From Chiloscyllium plagiosum (taxonomy: Eukaryota), in the NCBI RefSeq assembly GCF_004010195.1, contig NC_057754.1, forward strand, positions 7,826,725 through 7,890,724: a DNA stretch of 64,000 nucleotides. Reading direction: 5' to 3'. A program made the translations under genes and the position numbers. Below the pieces are notes generated by a model that saw only the letters and a program-made list of their open reading frames with translations, ran no database searches and had not been told where the DNA came from. Within the stretch, counting starts at the first letter, position 1. Each line of letters begins with the position of its first letter. Positions 48,881 through 59,518 of the stretch are shown here, in pieces.

Positions 48881-51800
48881 AACTGAACTGGCTAAACATT
48901 AATAAATGTTCTTAATATTTGTAAGATATGTCTGCATATCCCGAGCCCAGATGTTTGTCCCAAGGTCCCCCACATCTCTATATTAGAGCCATGGAGATGT
49001 ACAGCACAGAAACAGGCCCTTTGGTCCAACCCGTCCATGCCAACCAGATATCCGAAATTAATCTAGTCCCATTTGCCAACACTTGGCCCATATCCCTCTA
49101 AAACCTTCCTATTCATATACCCATCCAGATGCCTTTTATTCTGGCCAGTCTGTCTGCTGTGCTTCTCCTTTGATGTGTAACCCTCAATGTGCCCTCCAAA
49201 TCACATTGCTACCCTTACTTGGACACATACAGACCAGTCCTTGGACACTATGGGCAGTTTAACATGGCTAATCTTCAGACTGTGGGAGGAAACCGGAGCA
49301 CTCGGAGGAAACCCACACAGACACAGGGAGAACCTGCAAACTCCACACACAGAGTAGCCGGAGGGTGGAATTGGTCCTAGGCATTATGAGGCTGTAGCCA
49401 CCGTGCTGCCAAAATAAGGGCTGGAAGACCAACGTGGTGGGAACGTCTTGACCACCCAAACTGCACTGAATGCATCTTGAAAGAAAGACCAATATTTCGT
49501 CTGTGTCTTACGCTGTCAGTCCACTGGCTTTTAATGAACTATGCAGTGGGAATCCTGAATCACTGAACCTTTTAAAGCATTCTGATGCCAGATGGTGAGG
49601 GAAGAAAGCAGATACCAATCTTTCACTTTCCACGAGATTGATTTACAGAATGTGACACTACATATGTTTACCAACTCCCGAACCAACACACAGGGTCCCA
49701 GAACTCTCCCCCTTCATACTCTTTTGAGTTCTGCCAATGATGCATTAATCAAATTCAGAGGTCCTTAAAGGGCCACGAATGACTAGCTGTGCTTTGCCGT
49801 TCCCTCAGGGAGTTAGGCTGTGGCAATGCCTACTGTTTACCGGTGATGGTACGGGCATCAACATCCTTCTCACTGCATTGGCTGACCAGGATTCTCAGCC
49901 ACTCTCTCCACCTGCTTTTGGCGTTTGTGGGAAGGAATTACAAGCTGATGCCCATCCTATATGGTCATGTCAGGAAGCCACCTTCCTTGCTCATCAAGCC
50001 CTAAGATGGGGCTCGAACCCTGAGGGTCTGCCTCAGAGGCAGGGTACTACCCCCAGTGCCATGAGGCTTTCCATTTTTATTCACTCGTGAGACGTGGGCA
50101 TTGCTGACTGTGTCCAACGTTTATTGCCTGTCCCTAGTTGCCCTTTGAGAAGGCAGTGGTGAGCTGCCTTCTTGAACCCCTGTCATCCAAGTGCTGTAAG
50201 TTGACCCACATGCCCTTAGGGAGAGAATTCCAGGATTTTGACCCAGCGACACTGAAGGGCCTTGACATTTTTCCAAGTCAGGATGGTGAGTGGCTTTGAG
50301 GGGAACTAGCAGGAGGTGGTGTTCCCTTGTATTCTGCTAAACTTAACTCTATAGAAGGTTGAAATTGTGGGTTTGGTAGGTGCTGAGTGGAGGATTTTTG
50401 GTCCTGTGTTTTGGAATACCCTCCCTAAACGCCTTCCCTCTTTCGTTAAGACCTGTGCTGTGTTGTCTGCTGCAAGACATTTTCATCATTTGCCCATGAA
50501 TGGCAAGCAGCTCAGCCGCAGTGTTTTATTGAACCGGAGAGAACTGCTGCTCTGAGCTAATGTGCTCTTCACAGAGGTTAAAGACATGCTTTTCCACCGG
50601 TGTTCTGAGTCGGAGTCATGCAACATGGAAACAGACCCTCAGTCCAACTTGCTAGTGTTGATCAGATATCCTAATCTAACCTCGTCCCATTTGCCAGCAT
50701 TTGGCCCATATCCCTCATGTACCCATCCAGGTGCCTTTTTAAATGTAGTAACTATACCTGCCTCCACCACTTCTTCTGGCAGTTGATACCTCACCTCACA
50801 CCATCCTCTGTGGGAAACATTTGCTCCTCAGGTTCCTTTTTAAATCTTTCCACTCTCATCTTAAACCTTTCTCCCAACTCAGTGTGTTAATGCAGCTAGG
50901 AAATCTCGTTCTGTCTCTGTGCCATATAAACAGTATGGAATCCACTTTCCTCACCAGAAATAGAATCCACACAGTGTGGAAGCATGCCATTTGACCCATT
51001 GAGTACGCACCAACCCTCCGAATAAGATCGCACCCGCCTACCCTGTAAGCCTCCATTTCCCTAATCCACCCAGCTTGCACACTGTGTGCAATTTCCCACA
51101 GCCAAATCACCCAATCTCCACCTCTTTGGACTGTGGGAGGTAACCCACACAGACACGAGGAGAAGGTGCAAACTCCACACAGACAGTCACTCGAGGCTGG
51201 AATTGAACCCGGGTCCCTGGTGCTGTGAGGCAGCAGTGCTAACCACAGAGTCAGCAGTGCCTCTAGCAACCAGGTGATGAATACCAGCACAGTTTGACTG
51301 CCCTATGTAATGAACTCTGTCTTCAGCTTGAAGGAGGGCACCAGAGTTGGTTTGAATGATTGGTTCATGGCCCAATGGGGCTTCTCCACAAATTGGCAGC
51401 ACTGACCGGCCTCTCACTGACTCTCCAGCCAGTGGGTAAGACCACCCCCCCACACCCTTCCCTGCCTCCACAGGATTCTGTTTAATGGAAGGGCAAGCTG
51501 TCAGATATCCCCTGAAACAACTGCCCAGGAACGCTGAGGATATCGTAGACTGAATTCAGTGATGTGAAATTCATTTAGCTGCATGGAGGCGTAATGTTAC
51601 AAAGATCTGGTGTAGCAGTGACACTGATCAACTCAGGCATCCAAGTGCTGATTATGTTGAGGTGTCACGTTGCACAACTGTGTGCAATCTTTTTAACATC
51701 TGGAAGAGAAATTGATGGGAGTGTGTTTTGTTTGTGGTTCGGATCAGTTGGAAACCCTTCAAGCAGATGAGACCATGTGTGTCGTGTGCCCAGATTCGAT

Positions 51801-52239
51801 GAGTCTTCTTCAAGAGTTGTGTTCGGTCTCTGGAAGGGGGTCTGGGAGAAAGTGACCTGATTAGTTGCAGAGTTGCGAGGATTGTGAAGAGTACTGTGGG
51901 TCTTTGCTCTCTTGTGGGAAACTTCCTACCAAGAGGCATTTAACTTTGTGTAAAGCCTTGAAAGTGGGTTTATCTTACCAAATGCAATTTGCCACAGCTC
52001 CTTCCAAACCCGTGACCTCAACTTGCAAAAAGGACAAAGGCAGCAGATTCTTGGGACCACCACTGCCTGCAATTTTCCCTCCAAGCCACTCAGCATCCTG
52101 TTTTGAAAATGTAGTAAAATTCTCTCTTGCCTTGCACTGTACTATCAGGCTAGCTGTAAGGTTGGAATTTTTGGTTGGGACTTCTTTTTTGGCTGTACAA
52201 GTCTCTCATTCCTCAGGTGGCACTAACACTCATTCCCGT

Positions 52240-53250
52240 TGTGTGTTCTCTCTCTGTCTCTCTATCCCTATGTCAATTTCTATCTCTATAACTCTGCCTC
52301 TCCCTCTCTGTCACTGTCTCTCTATTTGTACCTCACTCTCTCTCTCTGTCTTTCATTCTCTGTGTGTCTGACTCCCTGTCTACCTCTCTATCTCTTTCTT
52401 TCTGCTTATCTCTCTCAATCTCCCACTCTCTCTTTACCTCCTGTCTCTTTTTCGATGTCTCTCTCACTCTATCTCTCACAAACTTCCTCACTCTCTACTT
52501 CCCTCTTTCTCTGTCTCTCTCCATCTCACTTTCTATATTTCTCTCTGTACCTCTCTATCTCTGTGCATCTATCTCTATGTCTCTCTCTGCCTGTGTCTTT
52601 CTCACTCACTCTCTGTATCTCTGCATCTGTGTGTCTTTCTCTCTCTGTCTCTAACTCTATCTAACTGTGATGCTCTCTCTGTCTGTAACTCTGTCTCTAT
52701 CTCTCTGGCTCTATCTCCCTCTGTCCCTGTCTCTCTTTGTAATGCTCTCTCTATCTCTGTGTGGCCGTGCGTCTCTGTATCTCCCTATCTGTCTCTGCTC
52801 TCTCTATCTCTCTTTGTGCATATCTCTCTTTATCTTTCTCTCTAACTCTGTGTATATTTCTGTTTCTGTCTGTATCTCTCTCTCTATCTATATCTCTCTG
52901 CTGTTCTCTAATTCTCTCTCTGACATGCTCTCCAACACGCTGTCTGCTGCTCGCTCTTTCTAGCGTGCTCTCTCTCTGGTGCGCTATCTACTGCTTGCTG
53001 TCTTGAGCGTGCTTGCTCTCTAGCATGCTCACTCTCTCTCCAGCACATTGTCTACTGCTTGCTCAACTCAAATGCAAGCACTCTCTAGTGTGTGTGTGCT
53101 CCCGCTGTCTAACGTGTGCACTCCCTCTAGTGCTCTTTATCACTGTGTCTCTCGAGCATGCCATCTACTGCTCTCTCTCTCTCTCTAGCATGCACTCTCT
53201 CACTCTGTCTCTCTGTCTGTTTCTCTGTCTGTCTGTCTCTTTCTCTCTCT
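52240..53250. repeat. ~1 kb CT-rich low-complexity tract
   Basis: Degenerate (CT)n/(CTGT)n/(CTAT)n sequence. Confidence 0.93.
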
Positions 53251-54388
53251 GGCATGACTTTGGAAGTTGCCAAGTTCTTGGCCACTTCCTTTCTGTAGCC
53301 ATCTATCGCTTTGGTCTCCACCTCCCACTGTTCCGCACAGTCCCTGACTGTGCTCCTGCATGCTGCTCCCTCAGTCCTCATGAGACCTTAACCTTTGCAT
53401 CATCACTAGATCACCCAGGATCTTTCTGGTTGGTTAAAAATGCAGAAAGTGTGGGTTAACCAGACAACATTTCCTGTAATGCCAGATGATAGACATTGTA
53501 TTGAAAATGTGTTGCTGGAAAAGCACAGCAGGTCAGGCAGCATCCAAGGAGCAGGAGAATCGTGGGGGCGGAGAGGTCAGGAAGAAGATTGCAGGTTAGG
53601 AAGGCGGTGCTGAGTTCGAGGGATTTGACTGAGACAAGGTGGGGGGAGGGGAAATGAGGAAACTGGAGAAATCTGAGTTCTTCCCTTGTGGTTAGAGGGT
53701 TCCTAGGCGGAAGATGAGGCGTTGTATAGACATTGTACACCATATTGACCAGTGTCGCTGGGTCAACATCCTGGAGCACTATCCATAACAACACTATAAG
53801 AACCATTAGAAAGAGGAACAGGAGTCAGCCACTCCGCAATTCAGTCGGATCATGGCTGGTCCAATATTCCTCACATTTACTTATCCTGGCTTTTCCCCAG
53901 AAACTTTGATACCTGGACAAATCAAGAATTTACCTATTCCAGCCTTAAATATACCCAAGAACTCTAGCTCCCTGTGTCAAGGAGTTGCCACGGCTCTCAA
54001 CACTCCGAGAGAAGAAATTCCTCCTCATCTCAGTCTGAAATTGATGCGGCTTTATTCTGAGACTGTGCCCTCTGGTCGTAGACCCTCCCGTGAGGGGGAA
54101 ACATCCTCTCAGCATTGACCCTGTAGAGGTCCTTAAGAATCCTGTATGTTTCAGTGGGATCACCTCTCGTTCTTCTGAACTGCAGTGAGTAGAGTCCCAC
54201 ACTGGTTAACCTTTACACATACACACCTTTCACCAAAACAACAAACAAGCAGTAAAGTTTCATTGCTGATTTGGGAGATTGCATTGGTTTAGAAAAAAAA
54301 ATCACTGTCTGAAACTACCGAAGAGGACAGCGTTTGGTTTTTCGAGCCTGATCAGCTAAGTGTTTGATTTGCAAGACCTTTAAAACTT

Positions 54389-54750
54389 TTTTAAAATCAC
54401 AACACCAGGGTTATAGTCCAACAGGTTTAATTGGAAGCACTAGCTTTCAGAGCGCCGCTCCTTCATCAGGTGGTTGTGGAGGACACAGTTGTAAGGCACA
54501 GAATTTATAGCAAAAGTTTTCAGTGTGATGTAACTGAAAAGCAAGGTGTTTTTCAATGTATAATTTCAGTTACATCACACTGTAAATTTTTGCTATAAAT
54601 TCTGTGCCTTACAATTGTGTCCTCCACAACCACCTGATGAAGGAGCGTCGCTCCGAAAGCTAATGCTTCCAATTAAATCTGTTGGACTACAACCTGGTGT
54701 TGTGTGATTTTTAACTTTGTACACCCCAGTCCAACACCGGCATCTCCGAA
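54389..54750. mobile_element. Large fold-back PLE insertion, family P2, with two hammerhead motifs
   Basis: Inverted arms of ~145 bp (54393-54539 and 54564-54713). TSD ct(t/a)taaaactt at 54378-54388 and 54751-54761. Confidence 0.88.
54438..54472 (-). ncRNA. Minimal type I hammerhead ribozyme motif (PLE family P2); mirror copy on + at 54631-54665
   Basis: cac-CUGAUGA-a-GGAGC-ggc-GCUCU-GAAA-G-CUA-gug: full core, 5-bp stem II, palindromic AGCU stem III, 3-bp stem I. Confidence 0.75.
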
Positions 54751-55362
54751 CTATAAAACTTGTCTTTTTTTTCTAAATCTCTAATAGTAAGGTAAGGGTT
54801 TTTTTAAGTTTACACTGTGATCTGTCTTTTGATTGACTTTTAATTTGAAAGATTAGGATTAATTTACCCCAGAGCAGTTTTGTTTTGATCAGTAAGATTG
54901 TGCTAATGCACTGTTTTTGAATAAAGTATGCTGTGTTTGTTTTTAGATAATTTCTGGGTCTGCAGATTGTTAAAAGAGCAGAAATGGTTTTTAGCAAGGG
55001 GAGGTGCTCTTCCTGTCAGATGTTTGAATGTTCCTGGAGTCTATGTCTGCAGGAAGTGTGTTTGGTTGTAAATCTTAGCGGATTGCATGGATCAGTTGGA
55101 GTGGCAGTTAGCGGCAATGGGAAGTTTGCAAGAGTGAAGGGGTGTGAAGAATGGCTGTTTCAGGAAGGTGGAGACACCGCTGATACAGTCAGGTTGACAA
55201 CTGGGAAAGGCAGGAGAGGTAGCCATGCAGTGCAAAAGTCTCCTGTGGCTATCCCCATCTCAAACAAGTATGCTGTTTTGGATTCAATGGAGAGGAATGG
55301 CCTTTTATGGGACTATAGCACTGACCACCAGGTTTCTGGTACTGTGACTGGCTCTACTGTAA

Positions 55363-55919
55363 TAGAACATAGAACATTACAGCGCAGTACAGGCCCTTCG
55401 GCCCTCGATGTTGCGCTGCCCTGTCATACTAATCTGAAGCCCATCCCAGCCACACTATTCCATGTACGTCCATTTGCCTGTCCAATGACGTCTTAAATGC
55501 ACTTAAACTTGGCGAATCTACTACCATTGCAGGCAAAGCAGTCCATACCCTTACAACTCTCTGAGTAAAGAAACTACCTCTGACATCTGTCTTATACCTA
55601 TCTCCCTTCACTTTAAAGTTGTGTCCCCTCGTGTTTGCCGCTCCCATACTTGGAAAAAGGCTCTCCCTGTCCACCCTATCTAACCCTCTGATTATCTTGT
55701 ATGTCTCTATTAAGTCACCTCTCAATCTTCTTCTCTCTAACGAAAACAGCCTCAAGGCCCTCAGCCTTTCCTCGTAAGTCATTCCTTCCATACCAGGCAA
55801 CATCCTAGTAAATCTCCTCTGCACCATTTCCAAAGCTTCCACATCCTTCTTATAATGCGGTGACCAGAACTGTACATAATACTGCAAGTGTGGCTGTACC
55901 AGAGCTTTGTACAGCTGTA
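55363..55919 (-). mobile_element. Young 5'-truncated CR1 inserted in ORF1 of the older CR1
   Basis: Open 152-aa C-terminal frame, (atagaac)n tail, TSD ctctact(g/c)taa at 55352-55362 and 55920-55930. Confidence 0.92.
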
Positions 55920-57805
55920 CTCTACTCTAAGTCAGTTTCCAAGTGATCGATTGTAATAGGGACTGTCTAGTCTGGGGTGCAGACAGACATTTCTGAAGTC
56001 GTCAGTGAGACATGAGGATGGTATGTTGTTTCCTTGGTGCCAGAGTCAGGGATGTCTCCGAGCAAGTGCACAATGTTCTGAAAAGGAAAGCTATTCAGCA
56101 GGAGGTTGTTGTGCATGTTGGTACCGACCCCATACGGAAAGGGATAAGGTTTTGGAGAGAGAATAGAGGAAACTAGGCAGGAGGTTAACAAGTGAGTTCT
56201 CAAGGGTAGTACCACTGCCATGTGCTAGTGACAGGAGGGTAGAGCAGAGGAATGTGTGGCTGAGGAGATGGTGAAGGGAGCGGGGATTTGGACCTTTGGG
56301 ATCTCGTCAAGGGTAGAAATGACTTGTATAAGAGGGACGGGTTCCACCTAAATTGGAAGGACACCAGTATCCTTGAGGGGAAATTTGCTTGTGTTACTAG
56401 ACTAGTGAACTTTAGTTTTAAAGTATTATGGGGGTGGGAGGACCCAAATCGAAAGTGAGAAAAGGCTGGGGCTGGTACAGTAGATAAAGGGAGCAAGTCT
56501 AATAGACAAGGCAACTTGGCAGAGAATGAGGTAAGACTGATAAATTAAACTGCATTTACTTCAAACCAAAAGGCCTGACCGGTAAGGCAGGTGAGCTTGA
56601 GAACATGGGACTGGGATATCATAGTTATTACAGAAATTTGCTCAGGGATAGACAGGACTGGCAGCTCAGTGTTCCACAGTATAGATCTTATAGGAAGGAT
56701 AGAAAGGGAGGTAAGAGAGGACGGGGGTTGGTGCTTTTGGTGAGGGATAACATTACAGCTGTACATAGGGAGTTTATTCCTGGAAGATCATCCAGTGAAG
56801 TTATGTTGGTGGAACTTAGAAATAAGAAAGGGATGATCATCTTATTGGGATTGTATTACAGATCCCCCAATAGTCAGCGGGAAATTGAGAACCAAATATG
56901 TCATGAGATCTCAGAAAAAGAACTAATGTTGTAATAGTAATTTTAACTTTGCAAACATAGACTGGGACTGTTATTGGATGGGGAGAAATTTGTTAAGGAT
57001 GTACAAGAAAATGTTCTTATTTAATATGTGGATGCCACTACTAGAGAAGGAGCAACACTTGGCCTTCTATTGGGAAATAAGATAGGGCAAATGACGGATA
57101 GGTCAGTGAGGGAGCACTTTGGGGCAAGTTATCATTATTAGTTTTAGGAAAAGGGTATACCTGATCGAAAAGTTAAAATTCTAAATTGGTGGAAGGCCAA
57201 TGTTGATGGTATTACTCAAGAACTTTCAAATGTTGATTGGGGGAGGCTGTTCACAGGTACAGGGGCGGCTGGGAAGTGGGAGGCCTCCAAACATGAGATA
57301 ACGAGAGTCCAGCGAGAGTGTGTTCCTGTTGATGTGAAAGGCAAGGCTGGTAGGTGTGGGGAATGCTGGATGACAAGGGAAGTTGAGGCTCTGGTGAACA
57401 TAAAAAAGGAGGCATACATCAGGTATAGACAGCTGGGATCAAGTGAATCCGTAGAAGCGTATAACGGCAGTAGGAGTATCCTTGAGGGAAATCAGGAGAG
57501 CAGAAAGGGAACATGAGATAGCTTTGGCAAATAGAGTTAAGGTGAATAAAATAGGACTCCTTAAAGATCTGGAATCACAGAAATTGGGTGAGGTACTAAA
57601 TGAGTATTTCACATTATTTGCTGTAGAGAACTTGAAATGTGTCCCTGTTACAGAAGAGGAGGTGCTGGAGGTCTTAAAACACAAAGGTAGATAAATCCCC
57701 AGGATCTGATCAATTCTCCCCAGAGCTTGTTGGGAAGCTGGGAAGAGATTGCTGGGCCCCTTGCTGAGATAATTGTGTTGTTGATAACCTCAGGCGAGGT
57801 GCTGG

Positions 57806-58516
57806 TGTTGAAATATTTTTCTACAAATCCGGACGACAGAAGCTTCCGTACGACAGTAGATGCTTTATTTTTGGACAGCTCGCGAGAGATTCTCAGTGAC
57901 ACCAAAGAAATCATGTAGCCTACTTGTGATAGCACTTCACGAATCTCTGCTCTACACACGAAGGCAGTATATTTTATGGGAATAGTACAGAAGTTGACAA
58001 GTCACACGGTGATTGCCGTTACATTGTTTAAGATAAAGTTTACAATGCCCGGTGATTGCCGATTTCCTGTGATAACTAGTGAATGGTTTACAGGGACTAG
58101 TTATCATATTCCTCATAATCATATGTTGATGGATAGTGATTTAGACAGAAGGACTTTGCCCCTCTCATTACTGGATTCACATGCCCGTGTTAATAGGTAG
58201 GGGAAGCATGGTAATGGGAACAGGAGGCAGTTAATAAGGTTATGGCCAAGACTATCAGTCTTGTTCAGGGAGGACAAACACCTTTGCCTGAGGCTGCAAA
58301 TGAAATCCGCATGTATGGCTCCAGAGGACTGCGTTCTCTGGGAGTCAGCCAGCACCCTGCTGTGATGTCTGGTCTCATTCTGTAAGAGGATAGGCATGCA
58401 ATCGATACTGCAGTGAGTCCTTATAGCAGTGGGATGTTTAACCCTTGAGTTCCCAATATGTCATGATAAAGAAGTTAAAATGGAACTTATTCTTTTGTGG
58501 GTTTCTAACTTCCTCA
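57806..58516 (-). mobile_element. Solo LTR (711 bp) of an ERV or Gypsy element
   Basis: Interrupts the CR1 RT at gaggtgCTGG|aagactgg with a 4-bp TSD ctgg (57802-57805 and 58517-58520). TG..CA termini; AATAAA on - at 57864-57869; TATA-like on - at ~57968-57977. Confidence 0.85.
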
Positions 58517-59238
58517 CTGGAAGACTGGAGGTTGCTAATATGATGTCACTACTTAGGAATGGCTGTTAGGAAAAAACAGGAATTGTAGACCAGTGAGCCT
58601 TATGTCAGTGGCGGGTCAGGTGTTGGAGGGACAGGATTTGCATGCACTTGGAAAGGCAAGGATTGATTAGGAATCATCAGCACGACTTTGTGCATGAGAA
58701 ATTAAGCCCCACAATTTAGTTTTTTAGAGATGTGACAAAGAAGATTGATGAAGGCAGAGCATTGGACCCTGTCTGTATGGACTTCAGTAAAATGTTGGAT
58801 AAGATTCTGCATGGTAGACTGGTTAGCAAGGTTGGATCAAGGGGGAGCCAGCCAATTGTATACAAAATTGGCTTGAAGATAGAAAACTGAGGGTGATGGT
58901 GGAGGGAGGTTATTTGGACTGGAGGCCTGTGACCAGGGGTGTGCCACAAGGATCAGTGCTGGGTCCACTGCTTTTTATCTTTTGTATAAATGATTTGCAT
59001 GTGAATATAGGAGATATGGTTGGTAAGTTTGCAGATAACACCACAACAGGCAGTGTCATAGACAGTGAAGAAGGTTCTCTCAGTGTACGATAGGACCTTG
59101 ATTAGATGGAACATAGGTTGAGGAGTGACAGGTGGAGTTTAGTTTAGATAAAAGTGAGGTGTTGCATTTTGGTCAAGCAAACCAGGGCAGGCCTTACACA
59201 GTCAATGGTAGGGCTCTGGGCAGTATTGCCTACCAATG

Positions 59239-59518
59239 AGATTAGATTACTTAGTGTGGAAACAGGCCCTTCGGCCCAACAAGTCCAAACCGACCCTCTG
59301 AAGAGCAACCCACCCAGACCCATTCCCCTGCACCTAACATTACGGGCAATTTAGCATGACCAGTTCACCTAACCTGCACATTTTTGGACTGTGGGAGGAA
59401 ACCGGAGCCACCCGGAGGAAACCCACGCAGACACAGAGTAGAATGTGCAAACTCCACACAGACAGTTGCCTGAGGCGGGAATTGAACCCGGGTCTCTGGC
59501 GCTGTGAGGCAGCAGTGC
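59239..59518 (-). mobile_element. 5'-truncated HE1 SINE inserted in the CR1 ORF2
   Basis: CR1 sequence resumes at gatctcagggtgcaggtac after the SINE. Confidence 0.88.

Noticed and set aside
52239..53459. Several 80-150 aa Leu/Ser/Cys-rich ORFs
   Set aside because: Artefacts of the CT-rich low-complexity tract.
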